From Spirochaetota bacterium (GTDB lineage Bacteria > Spirochaetota > UBA4802 > JAFGDQ01), in NCBI GenBank assembly GCA_043803405.1, contig JAZDKB010000004.1, forward strand, positions 96,001-160,000: a stretch of 64,000 bases of DNA, read 5' to 3'. The notes beneath the pieces were generated by a model. That model was not told the origin of the DNA, made no database searches, and saw nothing but the letters and a program-made list of their open reading frames with translations. Numbering within the stretch: position 1 is the first letter of the stretch; every line of letters starts with the position of its first letter. Positions 30,358 through 40,940 of this stretch are shown here, piece after piece. Made by a program: the position numbers and the translations under genes.

Positions 30358-32202
30358 ATGGCAAAACTAAAATACAATGACTTAATGTTCAATTTTGAAA
30401 AATGCGTACAATGGCAGGACATCGCAGACGCATTGGGCAAAGAAAACCACTTTGATGAATATATGATGACAATGAAAACAGTGGGAGACTTTGTCCAGAA
30501 CCTGGTTGAACCCTTTGCAGAAGAGATTGACAATGATGAATGCAGGGTTGAGACCGACAGTAACGGCAAAAATAAAGTAAGAATAGCCGAGCCCATGGCC
30601 AAGCATTTTGAGAAGCTGAAAGAACTGGGTCTTTTTTGCGGAGTTACAATACCTGAAGAGCAAGGCGGTTTTAATTTCCCGCTGACTGCATTTTTTGGAT
30701 TCGGCGAAGTAATTACAATGGGGGATTCAAGCCTAGGACTTACACCCATGCTTAACGAAGGATGCGCACAGGTAATCTCCGAGTATGCGAACGAAAAAAT
30801 ATGCGCGGAATATCTGCCAAAGCTTATTTCCGGAGAAAGACTTTGTGCAATGGGCTTAACCGAGCCTAGTGCCGGAAGCGACCTTGTTGCTGGAATACAG
30901 ACAACGGCAAGACCTGTTGACAAGGAAAAGGATAAAGACAAAGCTGAAAGGATAAGCGAACTTGAGAAACTGGGAGACGTTTATATTATTAACGGCACAA
31001 AGATATTCATATCAAACGGATACGGAGATGTGCTTACGCTTGCAAAAATAAATGACGGAATCAGCATGTTTTTAGTATATGAAGAAGATAAAGTAGTTCC
31101 CAGAATAGAGCACAAATTAGGCATAAGGGGCTCTGCAACATGCGAAATATTTTACGACAATTCCCCCGGAGTTTTAATCGGCGAGCTGGGCGGTGGTTTA
31201 ATACCGAACATGCTGAAGCTGATGAACATTGCAAGACTCGGAGTCGCCACTCAGGGCCTCGCGATAGGAGAAAGAGCCCACAGATACGCTATTGAGTATG
31301 CTAATGTCCGTGTTCAGTTCGGCGTTCCAATTATTCAGCATTCTCCGGTACGCCAGATAATATTTGAAAACGAGATCGAACTGCAGGCTTCGCGCGCCCT
31401 TGTTTATACCGGAGCATATTATTTTGATATGCGCCTTGCGCTAAATAAAAGATTAAAGACGCTTAAAGAAGGCACACCGGAGTATACAGAAGTAAAAAAC
31501 AAGCAGAGAAAATATTCCAGAATTGCGGAGATATTAATATCGCTTTCCAAATATGATGCAACGGAACTCGGAAATAAGGTAGCAAGCTCATCATTGCAGG
31601 TTTTCGGCGGATACGGTTTCACCAGGGAATATCCAATGGAGCGTTTCTACAGAGACGTAAGAATTACAAATATTTATGAAGGAACTACCCAGATACAGGT
31701 TGAGCAGGTATTTAACGAGACGTTCTATGTCGATAAAGTCGGACTTATCAACCAGTTCAAACTTGGCGGGAATAAAGGATTTGTCGAGAATGATAAGAAC
31801 AGAGTATTCCTTGATATCTTTCTTAATGAATATAAAAATGAAATACTCTCGAAATCTGCGGGTAATCCTGTATTGTCAGGGTTGATAAATAAAGTCGATA
31901 AAATGAGAGAATATTTAAAAGAAGCCAGACAAATACTTTTTATTGAAGAAAGAAACCGCGGAAAAGAGCTGGGCAGGAAATATAACGCGATATATCAGCA
32001 GAATTATGTTGATATTGTGGATGCCTGCATAAAAAGTTATCTCTTAATGAAACAGTCGCTTATTGCAGATTACAAGCTTCCGGTCGCAAAATCATTCATT
32101 GACCGTGCAATAGTTAAAACCGAGTATTGCAAAAACAGCATTAAAAGCTGCGTGGACGATTTAATCGGAGATACGTATTTTAAAATTGTTGGCGAAGAAT
32201 AG
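30358..32202 (+). CDS. Acyl-CoA (or acyl-ACP) dehydrogenase, long form
   Basis: MGLTEPSAGSD, NGTKIFISNG, KLGIRGSAT, R.QFG.PI, GGYGFT.EY and IYEGT catalytic Glu. Confidence 0.9.
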   Translation: MAKLKYNDLMFNFEKCVQWQDIADALGKENHFDEYMMTMKTVGDFVQNLVEPFAEEIDNDECRVETDSNGKNKVRIAEPMAKHFEKLKELGLFCGVTIPEEQGGFNFPLTAFFGFGEVITMGDSSLGLTPMLNEGCAQVISEYANEKICAEYLPKLISGERLCAMGLTEPSAGSDLVAGIQTTARPVDKEKDKDKAERISELEKLGDVYIINGTKIFISNGYGDVLTLAKINDGISMFLVYEEDKVVPRIEHKLGIRGSATCEIFYDNSPGVLIGELGGGLIPNMLKLMNIARLGVATQGLAIGERAHRYAIEYANVRVQFGVPIIQHSPVRQIIFENEIELQASRALVYTGAYYFDMRLALNKRLKTLKEGTPEYTEVKNKQRKYSRIAEILISLSKYDATELGNKVASSSLQVFGGYGFTREYPMERFYRDVRITNIYEGTTQIQVEQVFNETFYVDKVGLINQFKLGGNKGFVENDKNRVFLDIFLNEYKNEILSKSAGNPVLSGLINKVDKMREYLKEARQILFIEERNRGKELGRKYNAIYQQNYVDIVDACIKSYLLMKQSLIADYKLPVAKSFIDRAIVKTEYCKNSIKSCVDDLIGDTYFKIVGEE

Positions 32203-32269
32203 ATAAATATTTTAAATTAGATAGTCAGATTGCATTTTAACTGCAAAAGTCAATCAGAGTGTAATTAAT

Positions 32270-32857
32270 TTAATTATCCTCTGATTGACTAATATATTTT
32301 ATCCTTATAAAAAATTCAGACCTTGTTTCAATATTAATGCATCTAACAATTGTGCCGTTTTTTATCCCTGCAGGAAGTTTTACAGTGTAAACTATTTCTC
32401 TGCCTTTAAGCGATATTCCAATTCCTCTATTGGCTTCCTCTTCAGTGATTGCAATATCCTGAATTTTTATTTCATTTGCATTGAAATTCCCCGGCCAGTT
32501 AGTAAAGTGATTAAAGCCGTGAGCTTTCGTAAAACCGCAACCTTCCATGCCGCCGTTTATAAAATCATCAAACTCAGCTGCAAAAGCATAAGGATTCCAC
32601 CCGTATGAATATGTGTTTCTATTGCTGTTATTGTATTCGTAAGTACCGGTCCTGTCATACACCAGTCTCATCTCCGGATCAATAAGCACTTCATAAGCAT
32701 TGCAAATTTCCTTGAATTTTTCTTCTGACTCTTTAGTCCCCTGATTTTTGTCAGGATGAAATTTATGAGCAAGCCGCCTGAAGGCTGTTTTTATTTCATC
32801 GATAGATGCATCTTTCGAAATATTCAAAAGACGATAATAGCCATTAGCGTCGGACAT
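32270..32857 (-). CDS. J-domain (DnaJ-like) protein
   Basis: YY.LL, HPDKN and AYEVL.DP..R..YD; short C-terminal DnaJ_C-like remnant. Confidence 0.85.
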   Translation of the reverse strand: MSDANGYYRLLNISKDASIDEIKTAFRRLAHKFHPDKNQGTKESEEKFKEICNAYEVLIDPEMRLVYDRTGTYEYNNSNRNTYSYGWNPYAFAAEFDDFINGGMEGCGFTKAHGFNHFTNWPGNFNANEIKIQDIAITEEEANRGIGISLKGREIVYTVKLPAGIKNGTIVRCINIETRSEFFIRIKYISQSEDN

Positions 32858-33014
32858 ACTGTTTAATCCTTATGTGTTTCAATTTGAATATTGAGCAGGA
32901 TTTCTAAATCGATTTATTTTATATCACTATATTTACCCCGCAGCTTTAACGCGCTGCGGGGCGGTTTATATTACTTAAGGAAGGTTATCTTGAGTATGGG
33001 ATAAAATAAAAAGA

Positions 33015-33590
33015 TTAGAGAGATGCGGTTACCCCGACGTTAACGGCATTCCCTTTTATTTTAACATCGTTTTCCTGCTTCGAAGTTGTATATAAGTATT
33101 CAGCAAAAATCATTACCTTTAATTTTACAAGGCTGAATAATGTACGGCTTAAACCAAATCCGAAATAATGTGACTTGAAATTTTCGCTTATATTTGATGA
33201 TCCGCCGGAAGTTTTAACTTCGACTTTTTCATTGAGAGCAATGCCGTATCTTGCATAGGGAAAAACAGGGAGTATGGGCAGATCGATCTGGGCATAAACA
33301 TCAAGCCCCGCAGTTTTCTTTTTGGCATCCACATCTCCCTTTAACGGGGCAATCAAATAAAAACCGCCTGCGCCTGCTGTTAATATAAAAGGTATACCCG
33401 TATTAACATGGCCGTAACAGCCGTACTGCCAGCCGTCTATATCGGTTTTTGATCCGGAGCTTTCGATTTCACCGCCAAAAGAACGGCCTCCGAATACGCT
33501 TGCGTCAATAATAGCATAACCGGATGCCGGTATAAAAAGCAGTATTGCCAGTATAGCAAATGATTTCCAGAATTTTTTTACTGAACACAT
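33015..33590 (-). CDS. Probable outer-membrane beta-barrel protein
   Basis: Signal peptide, alternating amphipathic beta strands (PYARYGI, YFGFGLS, IFAEYLY) and C-terminal VNVGVTASL. Confidence 0.6.
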   Translation of the reverse strand: MCSVKKFWKSFAILAILLFIPASGYAIIDASVFGGRSFGGEIESSGSKTDIDGWQYGCYGHVNTGIPFILTAGAGGFYLIAPLKGDVDAKKKTAGLDVYAQIDLPILPVFPYARYGIALNEKVEVKTSGGSSNISENFKSHYFGFGLSRTLFSLVKLKVMIFAEYLYTTSKQENDVKIKGNAVNVGVTASL

Positions 33591-33784
33591 ACAAACGCCT
33601 CCAAGATTTATTTTCGTTTTAAATACTATAGCAATTATTTATATTAATTCCGGCAATAAGTCAAATGTATTTTACTTATGATTTTATACTGTTATTATTG
33701 TTTTGTATTACGATATTACAACAGGTTTTGGGACGCACTCTTAATTAAATTTAATTTACTGACTCTCAAAAAAAACAATATTTT

Positions 33785-35605
33785 CTATGCCTTATTTGCC
33801 GAATAATTTCCATTTCCGTATTGTTTTAGTAATGCATATAATTCGTCACGTTTTTCTTTTAATAATTGCCCGCGATAAGTGTCTTTAACTTTAAGAGGAT
33901 TCTCAAAAGTCTCGATAGGTTCAATCATAAGGTGCACTGCTTCCTTTCTTTTGCTGGCTTCTTCGATTTCGTCCGGTGTCGGGAGTATTATTGCATGAAG
34001 AGAATACGGTGTATGGATCAGAGAGTGCCCCCTGTTAAGGTATGCTTCGGCAAATCCGCCGTCAATGTTTATTGCTCTGCCGTCGGCTGAGGCTATTTTT
34101 TCGCCTTTCAGAATGTCGACCGGAGTATGGCCGTATACTATCCTCTTTGCTCCGAATTCTCTCATTATTAAATCCATGAATTCCTGTTTGTTCAGGTTTT
34201 CTTTCCAGAACAGCGATTTTTCCTTATGAGTATCCTTATCCTTGTAAAAATATCTTTCAAATGTTTTCATTGCATGTTTGCCGAAAAACGGTGATTGCGG
34301 CCCGCACCAGAGATAAAACATCAGCTCAAGCTCTTTCTGATTCTGCGGTTTGTCTTCCAAAAAATTTTTTCCTACGTTTTTTACAATACCCTGTAAATAC
34401 TCAAATAAATCCTTGCCTTTTTTATCAAGCAAAGATTCAAACTGGCCGTCTTTTGTGCTTGGGATAAGAGCATGAATATTCAAAATATAATTATTTATAT
34501 GATACAGTTTCCCATGTTCAAAAAGGAATTTCATAAGAGATTTTATTCTTTTGCTTTTTGTGAACTGCAACACCAGATCATCGATCACTTCTTTTTCTTC
34601 ATCGGTTAGTTTTGTAGGCTCATCCAGGTCGAGTGTAGGAAAATGAGTGTCGGTCAATCCGTCAACTTTATTCGAATTAAGCATTTCTTTCAGCTTGTCA
34701 AGATTCAGCCTGGGTTCCATTTTAAATTCGGGATTTGCATTGATTGTTTTTTCTTCGAGTTTAAACTGAATCATCGCAAGGGTTTTTTCCATCTTCTTGG
34801 AGATGTCGAGCTTGGCTTTAAAAGCTCCGGAAATTTTGTCAGGATACAGTTTTTGCGCAAATTTTGTTAGCCTGGTTATGTCAATTCCGAGCCTTTTAAG
34901 AAACGCGAGGTTATCATACCGCACGCTTATGCGCAGGGCTTCCGCTATTAGCGATCTGTTGCCTGCTGCGGCTCCCATCCATAATATATCATGGTTTCCC
35001 CACACATATTTTATAATAGGCCGTATATCCCATTTGTTCAGTATCCTTAATATTTTATCGGGTTCGTCTCCCCTGTCGAAAACGTCTCCCAGTACAACGA
35101 TCTGTCCCAAAAGCACCTGCTTTAGAGCTTTTGAAAGCGAGGTTATTACCCTGTCTGCTATTAAATTATCTTCATAAATTATATTCGGTACCGGAAAATT
35201 AAGGATAAGATTTTCAAGAATGTTTTTTAAATCCTTATTTATATTTAATCTTATCCGGTCGAAATTCTTGATATTGTTTATTTTGTATTGGATTATTTTT
35301 ACGAGATCGGAAATCACATCCTGTCTTTCCATTAAAATATTTTCGCTGGCAAAATATCTTTCTTTTCTGATTATGCTTCCGAGATATTCTATCTTTTCAT
35401 TGGAAACCGTCTTCGGAAGCGCTTCAAAGCAGGTTCTCCATACCAGACCGAATCTGCCTTTAAGAATGGAGACAAATCTTTTACCCGCACCGTGCGGATC
35501 GCTTATCCATAGCGTCGTATCAATGTTCGATTCCAGTTCGGCTTCAATCTCGGTTAATTGTTTTATTAAATCGTGAAGTGATGAAATGGTTTTTACTGAG
35601 GACAT
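33785..35605 (-). CDS. fbp: Fructose-1,6-bisphosphatase class III
   Basis: Metallophosphoesterase motifs SD.HG, GDVFDRG, WGNHD.LWMGAA.G, LWCGP.SP.FGK..M.TFERYF, GHTPV and IDGGF..AY. Confidence 0.88.
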   Translation of the reverse strand: MSSVKTISSLHDLIKQLTEIEAELESNIDTTLWISDPHGAGKRFVSILKGRFGLVWRTCFEALPKTVSNEKIEYLGSIIRKERYFASENILMERQDVISDLVKIIQYKINNIKNFDRIRLNINKDLKNILENLILNFPVPNIIYEDNLIADRVITSLSKALKQVLLGQIVVLGDVFDRGDEPDKILRILNKWDIRPIIKYVWGNHDILWMGAAAGNRSLIAEALRISVRYDNLAFLKRLGIDITRLTKFAQKLYPDKISGAFKAKLDISKKMEKTLAMIQFKLEEKTINANPEFKMEPRLNLDKLKEMLNSNKVDGLTDTHFPTLDLDEPTKLTDEEKEVIDDLVLQFTKSKRIKSLMKFLFEHGKLYHINNYILNIHALIPSTKDGQFESLLDKKGKDLFEYLQGIVKNVGKNFLEDKPQNQKELELMFYLWCGPQSPFFGKHAMKTFERYFYKDKDTHKEKSLFWKENLNKQEFMDLIMREFGAKRIVYGHTPVDILKGEKIASADGRAINIDGGFAEAYLNRGHSLIHTPYSLHAIILPTPDEIEEASKRKEAVHLMIEPIETFENPLKVKDTYRGQLLKEKRDELYALLKQYGNGNYSANKA

Positions 35606-35911
35606 GGCTTAACTCCATATAATTATTAAATATTTTTGTTTATATCTAATAATAATAGCTAACTCAATTAACAGATATTTTATTTTAACTGTTTTACTAA
35701 AAATTCATTAACCGAAGAATCAGAATCATTTTACTTTGGTTAAGAAGGCAATAATTTGCGTATAAATATGTAGTAAAACGGATAATTATGCCGGTTGCGG
35801 CAAACTATCTGACATAACTCCGGAATTTTGAAAAAGATTGCGAGTTATATGAGTTATTTAGTATAATAATAGGATTGTTTTAAAAACAGGGGTTAATTGT
35901 AAAGCAAAAAT

Positions 35912-36400
35912 TTACATTATTTTCCCGCCGGCATCCTCAATGTCAATGCCTTCGAGAAATTCTTCGAGCGTTTCTTTCTTGCCATCCTTGGTTGCTTTTT
36001 CAAGCCCCATATAAAGGGCGAACAGCTTTCGCTCGACATATATAGGGGATTTTGTCCTAAGCGCCAGGGCGATTGCATCGCTTGGTCGGCTGTCTATTTT
36101 TAATTTTGATGTACCGTTTAACAGATTTAATCTCGCATAATAAATGCTGTTTTTAAGATCATATACTTCTATGGATTCAACCTCGTAAGATAATTCTTCA
36201 AGTATGTTTACAATAAGGTCATGGGTTAGAGGCCTTAAAGGCTTTTTCCCTTCAAGCTCAATAGCTATCAGGCTGGCTTCAAGAGGGGCTATTAAAATGG
36301 GAAGCGTGTCACTGCCTTCAACATCCTTTAAGATTAATACAGGGACGCCGCTTTTTTGATCTATAAAAATATTTTCTATTTCGACCTTTATTAAGGACAT
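35912..36400 (-). CDS. Bifunctional nuclease family (DUF151)
   Basis: LPI.I...EA, RPLTHDL and DSRPSDAIALALR motifs. Confidence 0.92.
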   Translation of the reverse strand: MSLIKVEIENIFIDQKSGVPVLILKDVEGSDTLPILIAPLEASLIAIELEGKKPLRPLTHDLIVNILEELSYEVESIEVYDLKNSIYYARLNLLNGTSKLKIDSRPSDAIALALRTKSPIYVERKLFALYMGLEKATKDGKKETLEEFLEGIDIEDAGGKIM

Positions 36401-36536
36401 TATATATTATCCCCGTTAAGTTTGCGCGATATTTCATTAATAGTTACTGACTCAAGTCAAAATAATGTGTTATATTTAAATATTATTATGATACTAATTA
36501 TAAATAAATACAACAATTAATTTGAATAATATATAA

Positions 36537-37700
36537 TTATATTTTTTTACTTTTAACTTCTTTTATAAGCTCTCTTGCAACAGCGTTTTTCTGTATTTCC
36601 GTTGTGCCTTCGAAGATGGTTAAAATCTTTGAGTCACGCAGCATTTTCTCCACCGGAAAATCACGCATATATCCGTATCCGCCCAATATCTGCAAAGCAG
36701 AATTTGCGACTGCAAACGCATTTTCTCCGCAAAAAGCCTTTGCCATCGAAGAATATTTTTGATAGGACGGGTGTTTCATGTCAATCATTCTTGCAGCTGT
36801 ATAGGCGAGGTGTCTCCCTGCCTCTATTGTTGCAGCCATATCTGCAAGCTTGTGCTGTATTGACTGCTGAGAGCTTATGGGATTATCGAACTGGATTCTT
36901 TCTACGGCATATTTGAGCGCTGTTTCAAAAGCGCCCTGCGCCAGCCCGACTGCGCCGGCAGCTACAACCGCCCTTGAATGGTCGAAAGTCCCGATAGCGT
37001 ATTTAAACCCATGCCCTTCTTTGCCGATCAGGTTTTCAGCAGGAATCTTGCAATTATCGAAAATGACTTCCCGTGTTTCCGAACATCTTATCCCAAGTTT
37101 CTTTTCTTTTGCTCCGAATGAGAGCCCTTTTGCATCTTTTTCAACAATAAAACAGCTTATGCCGCGAATGCCTTTATTCTTATCGGTTATTGCAAAGACC
37201 GTATAAATATCCACTCTGGAGGCTGAGGTTATCCATTGTTTCACTCCGTTTAAAATGTAGCTGCCGTTTTTTTTGACTGCAGTCATTTTCATATTTATTA
37301 TATCCGATCCCGCTGATGATTCTGTAAGTGCAAAGGCAGCCGTTTTTTCTCCTTTGGCAACAGCCGGTAAATATTTCAGCTTCTGTTCGTGAGAACTCCC
37401 GAGTAAAATCGGGAAGATACCGAGCCCTGAAACAGAGTACGAGGTGGAAACACCCAGACATCCTCTGGCTAATTCTTCTGCGATTAGAGCAGCTTCAAAT
37501 ATGCCCTGCCCGGCGCCGCCGTATTCTTCCGGAATAAATGGACATGCAAGAAAAAGATCCCTGGCAAGCTTATTGATTATATCTTCCGGATACTCTTCTT
37601 TCTCATCCAGTTCGGCTCTGACCGGGATGATTTCCTCATTGGTAAATTTTTTAACAGTAGCTTTAAGAGCTTTCTGTTCTTCAGTTAAAAAAAGGGGCAT
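36537..37700 (-). CDS. Acyl-CoA dehydrogenase (butyryl-CoA dehydrogenase-like)
   Basis: FALTESSAGSD, NGVKQWIT, KLGIR.S.T, GGYGYMRDFPVEK and IFEGT; start at ATG 37700 with upstream GAGG. Confidence 0.92.
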   Translation of the reverse strand: MPLFLTEEQKALKATVKKFTNEEIIPVRAELDEKEEYPEDIINKLARDLFLACPFIPEEYGGAGQGIFEAALIAEELARGCLGVSTSYSVSGLGIFPILLGSSHEQKLKYLPAVAKGEKTAAFALTESSAGSDIINMKMTAVKKNGSYILNGVKQWITSASRVDIYTVFAITDKNKGIRGISCFIVEKDAKGLSFGAKEKKLGIRCSETREVIFDNCKIPAENLIGKEGHGFKYAIGTFDHSRAVVAAGAVGLAQGAFETALKYAVERIQFDNPISSQQSIQHKLADMAATIEAGRHLAYTAARMIDMKHPSYQKYSSMAKAFCGENAFAVANSALQILGGYGYMRDFPVEKMLRDSKILTIFEGTTEIQKNAVARELIKEVKSKKI

Positions 37701-37906
37701 ATATTGTATCCTCTTTATCAAAAAAATTATTCAGGTTAGGAACTCTCATTTTTTTAAATTATTAGCAACTATTTCTATTTTTTCGTTTTTTAATCAAATA
37801 ATATTTTATATAACAGGATTTATTATAATAAAATCTTTTAGCGGGATTTTTTCTTGCAAAATCCGACTTAATAAATTATTAGTTTTTCAACAGGTATAAT
37901 GATAAT

Positions 37907-40489
37907 ATGTCAAACAATAAATATCCCTCCGAATATGAAAGCCGAATTATTTTAAAAGACGGCTCAGTATGTTTATTCAGACCAATAAAGAAAGACGATG
38001 CCGATGCCTGGCTTGATTTTTACAACAGGCTCAGTTATAAAACAAAATATCTCCGTTTTCAGTATGAACCCAGAGAAATGACTACTGAAGACGCAGTGCG
38101 CTGGTGTACGGTTGATTATGTAAACAGTTTCGCTTTTGTAGCCGAAGCCATAGAAGAGCAGAAAAAGTTCATTGTCGCAGTGGGCAGGTATTATCGGTTA
38201 CCTTCAAGAAGTAATGTAGCAGAGATAGCTCTTGTTACTGATGATAAATATCATGAGAAAGGAATATGCACAAAACTTATCGAAAGGCTGGCTGATGTAG
38301 CAGTTAAAAACGACATTGATATTTTCGAAGCTTTTGTTTTGTCGCAAAATATTGCAATGCGGTCTTTATTTCAGAATTATGGATTTCATATTAAAAAGGA
38401 GATTATAGATAAAGAATTTTACCTTGTTTTCCCCATCGCTAAAACTCCTGAAATAATCAGGAAAAATGACGAAAGAAACCTGAATGCTGCAATTAATTCT
38501 CTTAATCATATATTAAAACCAAAATCAGTAGCAGTAATAGGAGCTTCCAATAAAGCCGGAACATTCGGACAACTGATTTTTCACTCAATAATACAAAACG
38601 GATTTTCCGGGATCGTGTATCCTGTTACGCGCAGTTCGGATTCCGTAATGTCGGTAAAAGCATATAAATCCATACTGGATGTGCCGGGTGATGTCGATGT
38701 GGCGATAATTATTGTGCCTGCTTCCCAGGCTATCAGTGTGACTGATGAATGCGGCAGGAAAAGGGTAAAAGGAATTGTTGTTATCTCAGCCGGCTTTAAG
38801 GAAAGAGGGGATAAAGGCGCTGAACTGGAGAGAGAGCTTCGTCAGACTGCATTCGGCTATGGCATGCGTATTATCGGCCCTAACTGTATGGGACTGATAA
38901 ATACAAATCCTGAAGTGAGGCTGAACGCTACTTTCTCTCCGGCATGCCCATCGCACGGGAATATTGCTTTTATTACTCAAAGCGGTGCTCTGGGAGTTGG
39001 CATATTGCAATATGCAAATAAACTCGGGATCGGTTTTTCAAATTATATTAATGTCGGAAATTGTGCGGATATTTCCTCCACCGATATGCTGCAATGCTGG
39101 GAGAAAGATACTGATACCAAGGTTATTTTGCTTTACATGGAATCGATTGATAATCCGGGATTATTCAGCCGTGTTTCCAGGAGAGTGTCGGAGACTAAGC
39201 CAGTTCTGGCTATTAAAGGCGGTAATTGGCCGACAGGTTCGGCAGCAGGCATATCTTCTGCAAGCTCTGTAAGTCCGGGTGCATTATCTGAAGCTCTGTT
39301 CAATCAGGCAGGCATTGTCAGGGTCAATACTATAAAAGAACTTTTTTATTCCGCAACATTGCTTTCCAGTCAACCGGTTCCAGAAGGAAACAGAATAGTT
39401 ATAATTACCAATGGGGGCGGCCCGGGTATGCTTGCTGCCGATGCCTGTGCTCAAACCGGACTTATTTTACCGGAGATATCGGCACAGACTGCAGCCAGGT
39501 TAAAAGCCGCCATTACGCGCGAAATAAGATTTCATAATCCGCTTAATTTAAGCACAGGAGTATCTGCACAGGAATTTGAGAATGCGTTAAAAATTCTGGC
39601 AGAAGATCCGGATTATGACGCGATCGTAACTTTATATGTACCGCCTGCAGGAATGAAAATAAAAAGTATCGAGGATTCAATAAGCAAGGCGGCCGGTGTT
39701 ATCCGGCAAAATAACAAGCCTGTTGTTTCCTGTTTTATCGGTCAGGTTGATTCACATGGAAAGATTGTTGACGGTAATTACTTTGTGCCATATTATTCTT
39801 TTCCTGAAGACGCTGTGTTTGCATTAAGCAATGCAGTCAAATATGGTGAAATAATAAGACAGGATCGCGGAAAAATTCCGGATTTTGAAGATATTGATCG
39901 GGACGAAGGCAGACGCATAATTAAATCTATTTTAGTAAGCAGCACTCATAGGCCGTTATTTGTTCCTGCGAACGATATGCATAAGTTATTGAAATGTTAT
40001 GGCATACTTACGTCAGAATCATTAACTGCAATTATGTCCGATGAAACTGAAAAAGAATCAAATGATGTCGGGGATCCATCAGGCAAGCCTGTCACAAAAC
40101 AGGAAATGCTCGTTGGTATATCGGAACATATTAATGAAAGCGTAGATATAATTATTAAAATAACAGAAGAATCTTCGTTGGGCCATGTAATTACGTTCAG
40201 GTTGGGCGGTTTCTATGCTGATCTTCTTAATGATACTGCGGTTAGATTGCATCCTCTTACTGATGTAGATGCAAGGGAACTGATAGAATCGGTTAAGATG
40301 GCAAAGCTGTTGAAAGGTTATAAAGGCGCTTCGCCGGTGGACATTCGTTCTCTTGAAGAGCTTTTGCTGAGAGTCTCTTTCATGGTGGAAGACATCCCGC
40401 ATATCAGCGAAGTGAACCTGAATCCGGTTAAGGTGCTGCCAAATGGCAGGGGTTATCAGATAATAGGCGCCGGAATAATGATAAAGTGA
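37907..40489 (+). CDS. GNAT acetyltransferase fused to an NDP-forming acyl-CoA synthetase-like domain (Pat-like protein acetyltransferase)
   Basis: N-terminal GNAT (RPI...D, YLRF, AVGRY, AEIA); then P.SVAVIGAS, GPNCMG, QSGALG and TNGGGPG, and a truncated ATP-grasp. Confidence 0.85.
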   Translation: MSNNKYPSEYESRIILKDGSVCLFRPIKKDDADAWLDFYNRLSYKTKYLRFQYEPREMTTEDAVRWCTVDYVNSFAFVAEAIEEQKKFIVAVGRYYRLPSRSNVAEIALVTDDKYHEKGICTKLIERLADVAVKNDIDIFEAFVLSQNIAMRSLFQNYGFHIKKEIIDKEFYLVFPIAKTPEIIRKNDERNLNAAINSLNHILKPKSVAVIGASNKAGTFGQLIFHSIIQNGFSGIVYPVTRSSDSVMSVKAYKSILDVPGDVDVAIIIVPASQAISVTDECGRKRVKGIVVISAGFKERGDKGAELERELRQTAFGYGMRIIGPNCMGLINTNPEVRLNATFSPACPSHGNIAFITQSGALGVGILQYANKLGIGFSNYINVGNCADISSTDMLQCWEKDTDTKVILLYMESIDNPGLFSRVSRRVSETKPVLAIKGGNWPTGSAAGISSASSVSPGALSEALFNQAGIVRVNTIKELFYSATLLSSQPVPEGNRIVIITNGGGPGMLAADACAQTGLILPEISAQTAARLKAAITREIRFHNPLNLSTGVSAQEFENALKILAEDPDYDAIVTLYVPPAGMKIKSIEDSISKAAGVIRQNNKPVVSCFIGQVDSHGKIVDGNYFVPYYSFPEDAVFALSNAVKYGEIIRQDRGKIPDFEDIDRDEGRRIIKSILVSSTHRPLFVPANDMHKLLKCYGILTSESLTAIMSDETEKESNDVGDPSGKPVTKQEMLVGISEHINESVDIIIKITEESSLGHVITFRLGGFYADLLNDTAVRLHPLTDVDARELIESVKMAKLLKGYKGASPVDIRSLEELLLRVSFMVEDIPHISEVNLNPVKVLPNGRGYQIIGAGIMIK

Positions 40490-40541
40490 TTTGATATAGT
40501 AAATCAATCGTAAACTGCTATAATTTAAAGCGAGAATCGCA

Positions 40542-40937
40542 ATGAAAATAAAATTGATCGCCTTGCTTGCAACATTAATATTTATTGTATTCAGTATGCC
40601 ATCTTATTCTACGGAAAAATTCGGTCCATGGGATCCGGATGTTTCGGTTGCAGATGAAAATATTGCGATAAAAATAAAGCATTCTGCCCGGCCGGTCAGC
40701 ATATTCAGCGCGCCCGCAGCAGGAGCATTTTTTATGATACGCGGATTTCAGAAATTCATTTCGCCTCAGGACGGGCCGAATTGCAGATTCAGGCCGACCT
40801 GCAGCGAATACGGCAGGATAGCCGTTCTCAGATACGGCGCTGTTGTCGGGGCATTCCTTGCCGGCGACAGGCTCATCAGATGCAATCCGTATAACGCCCC
40901 GGGCAGAGATCCTGTGCCGGAATTTTTATTTAAATGA
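40542..40937 (+). CDS. YidD-family (membrane protein insertion efficiency factor-like) protein with a signal peptide
   Basis: Q.FISP, CRF.PTCS.Y, R..RCNP and DPVP motifs. Confidence 0.8.
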   Translation: MKIKLIALLATLIFIVFSMPSYSTEKFGPWDPDVSVADENIAIKIKHSARPVSIFSAPAAGAFFMIRGFQKFISPQDGPNCRFRPTCSEYGRIAVLRYGAVVGAFLAGDRLIRCNPYNAPGRDPVPEFLFK

Positions 40938-40940
40938 GCC

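Noticed and set aside
35606..35911. Riboswitch in the long intergenic region upstream of fbp (contains GGCAAAC)
   Set aside because: The rest of the c-di-GMP-I consensus is not recognisable; an Rfam scan would be needed.
36445..36460. ACTGACTCAAGTCAA as a second TetR operator
   Set aside because: Spacing differs from the PKS palindrome, and it is equally explained as a TTGACT -35 box on the minus strand.
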